From positions 1-64,000 of the IMG/VR virus record IMGVR_UViG_3300014205_000213: a stretch of DNA of 64,000 bases; one strand, 5' to 3'. This stretch comes from a virus (Duplodnaviria; Caudoviricetes). Within the stretch, counting starts at the first letter, position 1. Every line of letters starts with the position of its first letter. The notes beneath the pieces are model-generated. The model searched no databases and had not been told where the DNA came from. It worked only from the letters and a program-made list of their open reading frames with translations. Of the stretch, positions 55,737 to 64,000 are shown piece after piece. Position numbers and translations under genes: made by a program.

Positions 55737-55975
55737 AAACGACAACAGAACAGTATCTAATTTAGCAATACAGGGAGTTGGTTAGCTGGCTGGATACAGA
55801 ATGCCCGAAAGTTGTTCCTCCATTAGAACCATATGCAACATCAGACCTAAGTCATAATTTTGCTGAATTATTACGCATAAGGCTTGACGAAATTGATTTG
55901 ATAAGAACGAAATTAATAAAACAAAATGAAAAAACTATTTCTAATCTTCGCAGCAGTAATCCTCCTATCCTGTGA
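55733..55975 (+). pseudogene. ORF interrupted by an in-frame TAG
   Basis: ATG at 55733 coupled to the upstream stop; TAG at 55763-55765; frame continues QYRELVSWLD. Confidence 0.45.
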
Positions 55976-56210
55976 GATAATTGAGGATCCTATTAAACCA
56001 GTAAACTATTATTGCATAGTCTTACAGGTGAACTCTACCAACGGCAAAGTCATATCAAATGAGGTTATCTCAGACTTTGTTTATGAAAAAGAATCCATTG
56101 ATAAATGGAGTAGAGATGAAGGAATGATTACTCTAACCGATTCCATCAACCACATTACCACTATCAAAATAATAACACATTTATACCCAGATTCGAAAGG
56201 AGGTAAATAA
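55926..56210 (+). CDS. lipoprotein
   Basis: MKKLFLIFAAVILLSC-EIIED: lipobox followed by acidic residues. Confidence 0.7.
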   Translation: MKKLFLIFAAVILLSCEIIEDPIKPVNYYCIVLQVNSTNGKVISNEVISDFVYEKESIDKWSRDEGMITLTDSINHITTIKIITHLYPDSKGGK

Positions 56211-56211
56211 A

Positions 56212-56400
56212 ATGGTAACAGAAATTGAATTAGCAAAGTTGGTTAAAAAACTCAACGGTAAGGTTAATGTCCTAAAAAGACAACAAAGGAACTTCAATGC
56301 CACAAAGGCAAATCCTGGAGCATGGTTATATCTGGAAGGGCAAATAAAAACCATGGATACAACAATTGATAGTTTGCTTAAAATTCTAAAGGTAAACTGA
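56212..56400 (+). CDS. hypothetical protein
   Basis: SD AGGAGG upstream. Confidence 0.65.
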   Translation: MVTEIELAKLVKKLNGKVNVLKRQQRNFNATKANPGAWLYLEGQIKTMDTTIDSLLKILKVN

Positions 56401-56401
56401 A

Positions 56402-56575
56402 ATGAATAAAATAAAACATTCTTGGGAAAGGCTATTTGGCACAGGAAAGATGAACCATGCTGAATGTAGGAAATGTAAATTACAAAAATGGTATGACTCC
56501 GTTATGGAAAAGACTGTTTACCTAACCCAGAATGGAGTAACCCTTTATTGGGCACCTGAATGTATTCCTAATTAA
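56402..56575 (+). CDS. hypothetical protein (57 aa, not in ORF track)
   Basis: Starts 1 nt after the upstream stop; CRKC motif. Confidence 0.5.
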   Translation: MNKIKHSWERLFGTGKMNHAECRKCKLQKWYDSVMEKTVYLTQNGVTLYWAPECIPN

Positions 56576-56599
56576 TAAACCAATTTAATAAATAAGACT

Positions 56600-56899
56600 A
56601 TGAAACTACAAGCAAACATCATCATCACAATCCTTTTCTGTTTAGCCATTTTTATTTGGGTGGGTTCCCATTTATGGAAAGCCTATAAGGAAGGAAGGAA
56701 GCCCACACCCGACGATGAACTTTATCAACTCCGATGGAAAATCGAATGTTGTGAAGTGAATGATCTTAATGAAATTTATCTTATTCAAGCCATTAAAGAA
56801 ATGAGATCCAGAAAAGATCTTAACCAAAAGAAAGTTGATGTATTAGACAGATTAAGGAGAGAAAGATTTCAGGAATTACATACAAATGACAAGGAGTAA
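56600..56899 (+). CDS. N-terminally anchored membrane protein
   Basis: One TM helix, charged C-terminus. Confidence 0.6.
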   Translation: MKLQANIIITILFCLAIFIWVGSHLWKAYKEGRKPTPDDELYQLRWKIECCEVNDLNEIYLIQAIKEMRSRKDLNQKKVDVLDRLRRERFQELHTNDKE

Positions 56900-57035
56900 A
56901 ACCAGGCATACTGTTATAACTATTTGAATCTAAGTTGATTCATTCGTTTTAAAAAGAAATTGTATAATATAATAGTTAATTATTTTCATATAGGCGGATA
57001 TGAACAAAAATATAATTCATTTTTCTTGGGTGTTC

Positions 57036-57086
57036 AGTCAGAAGGAGTCAGGTGCCGCCTCACTTGCCCTTCTGGCTTTTTATTTT
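57036..57086 (+). terminator. hairpin plus T-run in the initiator gene leader
   Basis: AGTCAGAAGG (57036-57045) pairs with CCTTCTGGCT (57068-57077), followed by TTTTATTTT. Confidence 0.5.
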
Positions 57087-57093
57087 AAAAAAG

Positions 57094-57960
57094 ATGAAGA
57101 GAAATATATCAAATAGGTTAAACATATACGCCTATCCTATTCAAGAAGAACCAATTATCCTTTCAAAATATTTACTTGATATTTTATTAAAGGAACCCAA
57201 CCCAGCAGACTTAATTGGTTTGTACTGTTTCTATTATTATACATCCAAGTGGCAGGGAACAAACTTTCCAAAAGCCACGACTACTTACTCTGCGAAAGGG
57301 ATGAACTGGGGGGTAGACAAAACCAGATCAGTCAAAAAGAGATTAAAAGAATTAGGACTCATAGAGGACGTCACACGACGTGGATTAGGAGGGGAAGTGA
57401 CAGGGCACTTTGTCAAAATCAACTTTGTGTGGAGTTTAAATCACATCGGTGAATTCCCCAGCCCCATGAAAAACCCAGGCCTGGGGAAAACCGCGGTAAA
57501 TACTTTAATAACTAATAATAAAAATACTTTCTTTGAAGATGAGGATTTTTCCAATAAAGAAAAAGATGATTCCTCCAATTCAATCAATTCAAGTGTTCCA
57601 ATTGTTCCATCTCAATTCTCCATGTTTTGGAATTTATATCCCAAGCACAAAGATCAAGGCAAAGCAATGACAGCCTGGGATAAGATTTGTAATCGACCCA
57701 CTTCAAAAAGACCAACGTGGAGGCAAATCAAAAAGGCAATCGTAGCACAAAAGAAAACAGAACGGTGGGAAGACCCTCAATACATTCCATTCCCAGCAAC
57801 TTGGTTAAATCAAAGTCGTTGGTTAGATGATCCTGACGAAATGACAACATTTAAAAGTTATAAGGATAAACCAAACAAAATTATGGAGGGAGGGGAATGG
57901 TGGTATCTTGATAAGAAAGATGGAAAATATTATAATAACGAAGGAATATTACTATCATGA
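57094..57960 (+). CDS. replication initiator/replisome organiser
   Basis: N-terminal wHTH-like region; C-terminal FSMFWNLYPK...KAMTAWDK...YIPFPATWLNQSRWLD; precedes DnaB; start moved to 57094. Confidence 0.75.
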   Translation: MKRNISNRLNIYAYPIQEEPIILSKYLLDILLKEPNPADLIGLYCFYYYTSKWQGTNFPKATTTYSAKGMNWGVDKTRSVKKRLKELGLIEDVTRRGLGGEVTGHFVKINFVWSLNHIGEFPSPMKNPGLGKTAVNTLITNNKNTFFEDEDFSNKEKDDSSNSINSSVPIVPSQFSMFWNLYPKHKDQGKAMTAWDKICNRPTSKRPTWRQIKKAIVAQKKTERWEDPQYIPFPATWLNQSRWLDDPDEMTTFKSYKDKPNKIMEGGEWWYLDKKDGKYYNNEGILLS

Positions 57961-59498
57961 TAGAACGTAAGATTATAATAGGGTTGATTGTATCAACAGA
58001 GTATTTACAACAAATTCAAAATATTTGGGATCCCCAGTATATTGTTTCATCAACGGCAAAACGATTGGCTGTCTGGTGTTGGGAATATTTCAATAAATAC
58101 AATAAGGCTCCTGGTAAACATATTGAAGATATTCTTTATACGAAGATAAGAAAAGGTAAGTTAGCCAAAGACATTGCCGAGGAGTTTGAAGAGGATATTC
58201 TTCCAAGTCTAAGTAAAGAATATACAAACAAGTCATTCAATTTAACCTATTTGTTAGAAGAGACAAAGAATTACTTTGATGAACGCCATTTAATTATTCA
58301 TAAGGACACCATACAAAATTTACTTGCGGCAGGCAATATACAAGAGGCGGAACAGTTAGCCTGTGAGTTCAAGCCCATTTCCGGGGCTGTGCGTGAGGAT
58401 TTAGACCTTAGTAGTCCAATAGTATTAGATCGTATAGATCGTGCCTTTGCGACGACGTCTTCACCTCTTGTATATTATCCTCACCAATTAGGAGAGTTTT
58501 GGAATTCTCAACTCACACGTGGGGCGTTTGTTGCCTTAATGGGACCAGAGAAAAGAGGAAAGACATTTTGGTTACTTGACATAGCTTTACGTGGTTGTAG
58601 GCAAGGAAGGAATGTTGCCTTTTTCCAAGCAGGGGATATGTCTGAGGATGAACAATTGATACGTATTTGCATTTATTTAACAAAAAAGTCCAATGAGGCT
58701 GTCTACTCTGGAAAGATGGAAGAGCCTGTTCGAGATTGCATTAATAATCAGTTAAATGATTGTACCAAAGATGAAAGAGAATGTAATTGTGGTGCATTTG
58801 AAGGGTGGGACTTTAAAAGATTACGAAACGATTTAACATTGAAAGACTTACAGGATGCATATACTGAGCATCCTGATTACAAACCATGTACAAATTGTAA
58901 GCAGTATTGGAAGAATCATTGGGGATCTGTTTGGATGAAACCTGTTAATACTGGTGGGCCTCTGACAGCAATACAAGCCAAGAGAGCAATAAATAAATTC
59001 TTCCTACAAAATGGAAGGAACTTTAAATTGTCAACACACGCTAATGGTACATTGTCTAATAAAGAAATACGGGCTATATTGGCAAATTGGGAAAAGCAGG
59101 ATAACTTCGTTCCAGATATTATTGTTATTGACTATGCAGATTTGTTAATTGGAGACTCAAAAGACTTTAGACACTTACAAAACGAAATATGGAAAGGGTT
59201 ACGACGTTTGTCACAAGAGAAAGGGGAGCCCTTGGTTGTTACAGCAACACAGGCAGATGCTGCAAGTTATGATCAAAATAGATTAAAATTGAAAAACTTC
59301 TCCGAAGATAAAAGAAAGTATGGACATGTGACCGCTCTATGGGGATTAAACCAAGATCCTTTAGATAGAGAAAAGAAACTTGGATTAATGAGGATTAATG
59401 AATTAGTGGTTAGGAAGGGAGCATTTTCAGTTCTTAACGAGGTTACTGTTTTACAAAACTTAAGGAGAGGGCGTCCATTCCTTGGAAGTTATAGGTAG
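57957..59498 (+). CDS. dnaB: DnaB-like replicative helicase
   Basis: Walker A GPEKRGKT, IIVIDYADLL, VTATQA, SEDKRK; Cys-rich insert. Confidence 0.82.
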   Translation: MIERKIIIGLIVSTEYLQQIQNIWDPQYIVSSTAKRLAVWCWEYFNKYNKAPGKHIEDILYTKIRKGKLAKDIAEEFEEDILPSLSKEYTNKSFNLTYLLEETKNYFDERHLIIHKDTIQNLLAAGNIQEAEQLACEFKPISGAVREDLDLSSPIVLDRIDRAFATTSSPLVYYPHQLGEFWNSQLTRGAFVALMGPEKRGKTFWLLDIALRGCRQGRNVAFFQAGDMSEDEQLIRICIYLTKKSNEAVYSGKMEEPVRDCINNQLNDCTKDERECNCGAFEGWDFKRLRNDLTLKDLQDAYTEHPDYKPCTNCKQYWKNHWGSVWMKPVNTGGPLTAIQAKRAINKFFLQNGRNFKLSTHANGTLSNKEIRAILANWEKQDNFVPDIIVIDYADLLIGDSKDFRHLQNEIWKGLRRLSQEKGEPLVVTATQADAASYDQNRLKLKNFSEDKRKYGHVTALWGLNQDPLDREKKLGLMRINELVVRKGAFSVLNEVTVLQNLRRGRPFLGSYR

Positions 59499-59529
59499 TT
59501 TTATGTCAAATAAATTAAATTAAAAAGTT

Positions 59530-59895
59530 ATGTACACGATTAGAAAAGAGTTTCATTTTAGCGCCGCCCACCGTTTGGTTGGGCTTCCTCCTGAGCATCC
59601 ATGTGGGAATGTTCATGGTCACAATTACAAAGTGACGTTGGAGTTAGTCTCCATTAAATTGAATACAAATGGTTTTGTTGTTGATTACCGACAACTCCAA
59701 CCTGTTAAAGAATGGATTGATGAACATCTTGATCACAAACTTCTTAACGATTGTATGGTAAACACTCCAACAGCAGAGAATATTGCCAAGATGCTCTTTA
59801 TGCAATTTAAACCTCGCTTCCCCCAACTAACTGCCGTTGAAGTAAGTGAAACTGAAAAAACAACAGCACGTTATATGTCTGACTATGACGAATAA
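59530..59895 (+). CDS. queD: 6-carboxytetrahydropterin synthase
   Basis: FSAAHRL, CGNVHGHNY, LDHKLLN, PTAENIA, VSETEKT. Confidence 0.93.
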   Translation: MYTIRKEFHFSAAHRLVGLPPEHPCGNVHGHNYKVTLELVSIKLNTNGFVVDYRQLQPVKEWIDEHLDHKLLNDCMVNTPTAENIAKMLFMQFKPRFPQLTAVEVSETEKTTARYMSDYDE

Positions 59896-59896
59896 T

Positions 59897-60664
59897 ATGG
59901 TTAAGCAAATAATTCGAGCGGAAGATTCCCAAACAAGGAAGTCCTTTCAAAAAGATGGAGAGTATTTCTTAAGGGTATCTGAATTCTATTATGACACAAT
60001 TCAAGGTGAAGGATTTCACATAGGACATCCTGCAGCATTTCTTAGATTGCAAGGATGTTCCTTAAATTGTGGTTATTGTGATACTACCTCCGTATGGAAA
60101 TATGGGAGTCCTTATTCGTATGGTGAATTAATTGAATTGATAAATAGTACAATGTTAATTCCAAGATTAAAGGAAGGTCAACATTTGGTGATAACTGGAG
60201 GGAGTCCTTTGTTGCAACAAAATAAACTGGAGGGATTCATACGACAACTTTCAATTGTGTATGGATTTAATCCTTACGTTGAAGTTGAAAACGAATGTGT
60301 TATTGAACCATCCGAAGGGATGATAAATATTGTTAATTGTTGGAACAATTCTCCAAAATTAACAAACAGTGGTGTCCTTGCCAAGGATAGATATAAACCA
60401 AATGTTATTACTATCATGTCAAGTTTACCAAATTCCTGGTTTAAGTTTGTTATATCCCATACGGAGGAGTGGAAAGAGATAGAAGAATTTTATTTGAAAA
60501 CACAGTTGATTCGCAAAGAGCAAATTATTTTAATGCCTGAAGGAGGGACCAAAGAGGAGTTGGAAAAAAATAAATTGGAGGTTGTAGAATTAGCGGTAAG
60601 GCACAATGTTAGGTACAGTTCACGGGAGCACATCATGCTCTGGGACAAAAAAGTTGGGATTTAA
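59897..60664 (+). CDS. queE: 7-carboxy-7-deazaguanine synthase (radical SAM)
   Basis: SEFYYDTIQGEG, AFLRLQGCSLNCGYCDT, VITGGSP, NNSPKL; start moved to 59897. Confidence 0.9.
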   Translation: MVKQIIRAEDSQTRKSFQKDGEYFLRVSEFYYDTIQGEGFHIGHPAAFLRLQGCSLNCGYCDTTSVWKYGSPYSYGELIELINSTMLIPRLKEGQHLVITGGSPLLQQNKLEGFIRQLSIVYGFNPYVEVENECVIEPSEGMINIVNCWNNSPKLTNSGVLAKDRYKPNVITIMSSLPNSWFKFVISHTEEWKEIEEFYLKTQLIRKEQIILMPEGGTKEELEKNKLEVVELAVRHNVRYSSREHIMLWDKKVGI

Positions 60665-60745
60665 AAAATGAATTAAAATTTTTTTTGTATAATATGCGTA
60701 AATAAGTTTTCTAATTTTTATTGTTTAATTTAAATTTTTGAAATT

Positions 60746-61735
60746 ATGATTAGTGAAAAAGGATTGCGGTCAGCCGCAAAGGAATTGAACGAGTTACTTG
60801 GCTTGGATCCCGCCATTAACTTAAAGGCAAGTATTTCTGTACTTACCGAGAAGGTCAAAGAGGCAACATCTCTTATTGATCCCAAGGAGGACAAGTTTAC
60901 AAAAGACACCCAGGCAGTCATTGACGAGTTAACAGGTAAGAAAGGGAAGAAGGCAAAGGCCAAAGTTGAAGAGGAAGAAGATGAGGACGAGGAAGTTGAG
61001 GAAGTAAAACCGAAAGGAAAGAAAGGAAAGAAAGCTCCGGAACCCGAACCTGAGGATGAAGACGAGGATGAAGACGAGGATGAGGACGAGGATGAGGACG
61101 AGGATGAGGACGAGGATGAGGACGAGGATGAGGACGAGGATGAGGATGAGGACGAGGACGATGAGGACGAGGATGATGAGGACGAGGATGATGACGAGGA
61201 TGAAGACCTCCGTGGCCAGGTTGATGAAGCTGAAGACCTTGACGACCTGAAAGAAATTGTTAAGGGTGCAGCAGAATTCAAACCCCTGGTAAAACAACTG
61301 AAGACCTTCAAGAAGGTAAAGGAACTCCGGAAGGCTATGATAGCCATACTGGATGAAGCAGATGAAGAAGCCCAGGAAAAGGCTGAGAAGATCAGCAAAA
61401 AGAACATAGGTTCCAAAAAGGTAAACGAGCTCAAAAAGAAATCGGCAAAGGAAGAGGACGAGGATGACAAAAAGAAGTCCAAAAAAGGTGGCCCGAAGAA
61501 AGGAGTAAAACCCAACTTCAAGAGGGAAGGATCAATGGCAGAATTTATGGATAACATCTGCAAGGCCGGTGGGTCCTGGGACGAACTGGCAGAGGCTTGT
61601 AAGGAGGAAGGTGAGAAAAGGGATGTCCGCACCAAGTTTACTCCAAGTGTAATGAAAGCCCATGTTAAGTTCCGGGTAAGCAAAGACCCAAAATTCCTTG
61701 GGAAATTGAAAATGAGAGAGGATGGGATCAGGTAA
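60746..61735 (+). CDS. modular protein with a long acidic tract
   Basis: N-domain shared with 54436, about 50-residue E/D tract, C-domain shared with 44347. Confidence 0.8.
   Translation: MISEKGLRSAAKELNELLGLDPAINLKASISVLTEKVKEATSLIDPKEDKFTKDTQAVIDELTGKKGKKAKAKVEEEEDEDEEVEEVKPKGKKGKKAPEPEPEDEDEDEDEDEDEDEDEDEDEDEDEDEDEDEDEDEDDEDEDDEDEDDDEDEDLRGQVDEAEDLDDLKEIVKGAAEFKPLVKQLKTFKKVKELRKAMIAILDEADEEAQEKAEKISKKNIGSKKVNELKKKSAKEEDEDDKKKSKKGGPKKGVKPNFKREGSMAEFMDNICKAGGSWDELAEACKEEGEKRDVRTKFTPSVMKAHVKFRVSKDPKFLGKLKMREDGIR
61052..61135 (+). repeat. 12-nt tandem repeat encoding EDED
   Basis: Seven consecutive GAGGATGA(A/G)GAC units, then degenerate to about 61207. Confidence 0.9.
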
Positions 61736-62291
61736 TCCACAAGACCTGGTAACACAACTTTTACAACGGCTGGGAGAGGACCCTGATCGCGAAGGCTTGA
61801 AGGGAACTCCCAGCAGAGTTGTAAAAAGTTGGAGTGAAATATATGCTGGCTACGGTTTTAACCCGGCCAGCATATTCACAACATTCTCTGAAGTTGAAGG
61901 TTACGCACAGATTGTCATCCTTACAGACATTGAATTATTTTCAATGTGTGAGCACCACATGTTACCATTTTTTGGTAAAGCACATGTTGCGTATCTTCCG
62001 GATGATAAAGTAATAGGCATTTCCAAATTAGCTCGTTTAGTTGATGGATACGCTCGTCGATTACAGATACAAGAAAGAATAGGACAACAGGTTGTAAATG
62101 ATTTAATGCAGTATTTAAAACCACAAGGTGCTGCATGTATTATTGAAGCCAGTCATATGTGTATGCGAATGAGAGGTTGTAATAAGCAACGATCAATAAT
62201 GGTTACTTCATCCCTCTCCGGTGTATTTTTGGAAGATGCCACAATACGAGCTGAGTTAATGCAACTAATAAAAATGAAAACAAATGTTTAA
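61722..62291 (+). CDS. folE: GTP cyclohydrolase I
   Basis: [46 protein letters not shown]. Confidence 0.95.
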   Translation: MGSGNPQDLVTQLLQRLGEDPDREGLKGTPSRVVKSWSEIYAGYGFNPASIFTTFSEVEGYAQIVILTDIELFSMCEHHMLPFFGKAHVAYLPDDKVIGISKLARLVDGYARRLQIQERIGQQVVNDLMQYLKPQGAACIIEASHMCMRMRGCNKQRSIMVTSSLSGVFLEDATIRAELMQLIKMKTNV

Positions 62292-62919
62292 GTCATTGAG
62301 AAGAAATATTTTAATTACAGGAGCTTCTTCTGGTATTGGTAAAGCATTATATGATTCCTTTAAAAGGGAAACGCTTGATTATAATGTATTTGGATTGAGC
62401 AGAAGGGGACCTGATATAAAACTTGATTTATCAAAACCGTATGTAGGTCCTCCATTGATGGAACATATTGATGTATTAATCAATTGTGCGGGGATTATGC
62501 CATTGGATGAGAAAGATCCTCATGGGATTTTCCAAGTTAATTTCTGGGGGATGGTAAATATGATAAACTTGCATTGGAAAAACTTTGAAGTTGGTGCTTG
62601 TATTATAAACATAGCCAGCGTCTCCGGAATGGTTTCGGAACCTTTCTTACCAATATATGCTGCATCCAAGGCAGCAGTCATATCTTATACAAAAAGTATG
62701 GCAAAGAAGTTTGCTCCAGAGGTTCGCGTCAATTGCATTAGTCCAGGATTTTATGAAACAAATCTTGTCCCTGGTGAGACTCCTGCTGAATTAATATCAA
62801 CAATACCATTAGGGTATGAGGAAAATCCTGCCAATCTATTTCCTGTTGTTAAAATGATAATTGATTGTAATTACATGACAGGAAGTAATGTTGTTATTGA
62901 TGGAGGGATTACCTTATGA
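62284..62919 (+). CDS. short-chain dehydrogenase/reductase
   Basis: [34 protein letters not shown]. Confidence 0.9.
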   Translation: MFKSLRRNILITGASSGIGKALYDSFKRETLDYNVFGLSRRGPDIKLDLSKPYVGPPLMEHIDVLINCAGIMPLDEKDPHGIFQVNFWGMVNMINLHWKNFEVGACIINIASVSGMVSEPFLPIYAASKAAVISYTKSMAKKFAPEVRVNCISPGFYETNLVPGETPAELISTIPLGYEENPANLFPVVKMIIDCNYMTGSNVVIDGGITL

Positions 62920-63941
62920 AAAATTCATTAACCTATTTAACACGTAGATGTCCACGTCAGTGTGGATACTGTGCGTTACGTGATGCAACAAACGTTGGAA
63001 AAGAGTTAGAAGTTACCCAGTGGATCGAAGCCTTTAACATCCTAAAAGGGATGGGAGTGGAATTTAACTTAATCCTCGGGAATGAGACGTGGTTGTTAGG
63101 GGACGGGATAATTACTATACTTGAGGCTAACAAAGTCCCGTTCGCCCTTTATACGACGGCACCGGAGCCCTGGTTTACAAAGTACAGACGAAAGTTCTTT
63201 GATAGTGGGGTGTTGGACAACTTTTCCTGTGGTATAGATTATCCCAGATTTGATAACTTGTTTGTAGATGATGATTCTTTCCGTAAATCACAAAGTGCGA
63301 TTGATGCGTTTAAGTGGATGAGGAATGAATACCCTGATGTAGACACACATGGAACAATCACAGTGCATAAACAAAACTTGAAATATTTGAATGCCCTTGC
63401 CGGTCAACTTTCCTACTTAGGTGTGTTCTATGCAGTAAACTTCATACATTGGAATTCCGATGGCGGATTTGACTTCTTCCCAGGAAAGGATAAAATACAA
63501 GACTTACTTTTCACTCCAGAGGATTTCCCTGAGGTCACAAGAGTACTAAATCAACTGTTAGAAAATCCTGGTTTGTTACAAAGTCCTGAGGTCGTTAAAA
63601 TCGTGGCAGACAATCCTGAACTATTACAAATGAAATGGCATTGTAAAGGTGATCCTTACGGTGGACCTACAATTGATTCAGATGGACACCTCCGTTGCTG
63701 TGGTTATAGGAGGGGTAGGTTTACTCCTCACTTAACAATCTTCGACTTACCAGGGGAACAAGATCTTTGGAGGGAATCCGTTCGTATGGATGCAGCAGAG
63801 TGCCCAGGTTGTGTTTGGTTGTATCCAATGCAATTACATTACTGGGAAAAGACTGATCCTGAGATGGGAAAGAAAGTATTTGCAAAACATGCAGGTGCTC
63901 ATATTAAAGAAAGTAAATGGTCTAATCGTATAATTGAATAA
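62916..63941 (+). CDS. radical SAM enzyme with SPASM/twitch-like C-terminus
   Basis: TRRCPRQCGYC (CxxxCxxC); C-terminal HC...IDSDGHLRCCG...ECPGC. Confidence 0.85.
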   Translation: MKNSLTYLTRRCPRQCGYCALRDATNVGKELEVTQWIEAFNILKGMGVEFNLILGNETWLLGDGIITILEANKVPFALYTTAPEPWFTKYRRKFFDSGVLDNFSCGIDYPRFDNLFVDDDSFRKSQSAIDAFKWMRNEYPDVDTHGTITVHKQNLKYLNALAGQLSYLGVFYAVNFIHWNSDGGFDFFPGKDKIQDLLFTPEDFPEVTRVLNQLLENPGLLQSPEVVKIVADNPELLQMKWHCKGDPYGGPTIDSDGHLRCCGYRRGRFTPHLTIFDLPGEQDLWRESVRMDAAECPGCVWLYPMQLHYWEKTDPEMGKKVFAKHAGAHIKESKWSNRIIE

Positions 63942-63943
63942 AT

Positions 63944-64000
63944 ATGAAAAGTACAAATTATGACTTGATTCTTTTATTTAGTGGTGGACTTGACAGTACA
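63944..64000 (+). CDS. queC: QueC-like PP-loop ATPase (partial)
   Basis: LILLFSGGLDST at the window end, in queD/queE/folE context; only 19 codons visible. Confidence 0.7.
   Translation, partial: MKSTNYDLILLFSGGLDST

Noticed and set aside
55763-55765. Genome-wide TAG recoding
   Set aside because: TAG ends genes normally at 21307, 46568, 51848 and 59498, and long genes are intact in code 11
57957-59498. Intein in DnaB or terminase
   Set aside because: No Cys/Ser-start and His-Asn-end splice motifs and no homing endonuclease motifs seen
59499-59529. preQ1 riboswitch before queD
   Set aside because: Only 31 AT-rich nt with no recognisable aptamer stem
61052-61207. Possible CRISPR array
   Set aside because: Contiguous in-frame repeats without spacers; no cas genes
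60730-61755. 341-aa poly-Ser ORF on the - strand (also 60929-61297 and 61056-61250)
   Set aside because: Shadow frames of the acidic repeat in the + strand gene
1-64000. Integrase, repressor or att site (temperate lifestyle)
   Set aside because: None recognised in this window; lifestyle cannot be called from a partial genome

Overview
About 64 kb of a tailed dsDNA phage genome. The morphotype is siphovirus-like: long tape measure, tail tube, no sheath gene seen. The host is probably Bacteroidota, based on a TTTG-N20-TAnnTTTG promoter, LxSC lipoproteins, a HYR-like domain and mostly SD-less early genes. Layout: (1) 1-10.1 kb, + strand, recombination/repair (RecA, RuvC, split SbcC, SbcD) and RtcB; (2) 10.1-41.8 kb, - strand, lysis, tail, head-tail, capsid, portal and terminase, with an 8-gene glycosylation/methylation/sulfation cluster inserted between the capsid and head-tail adaptor genes; (3) about 41.9-44.3 kb, non-coding and compositionally odd, probably the packaging/terminus region; (4) 44.3-59.5 kb, + strand, small early genes, Snf2 helicase, sigma factor, primase, initiator and DnaB; (5) 59.5-64 kb, a 7-deazaguanine cluster (queD, queE, folE, start of queC) interleaved with an acidic protein, an SDR and a radical SAM enzyme. 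Leading observations: the late-operon glycan pathway, the expanded deazaguanine pathway, a shared MKRT N-terminus on unrelated proteins, a Tat-signal tail-tube paralog, three short DNA boxes shared by two distant loci, a three-member modular paralog family and a tRNA-like element. All family calls come from motif recognition by eye; no database search was run.
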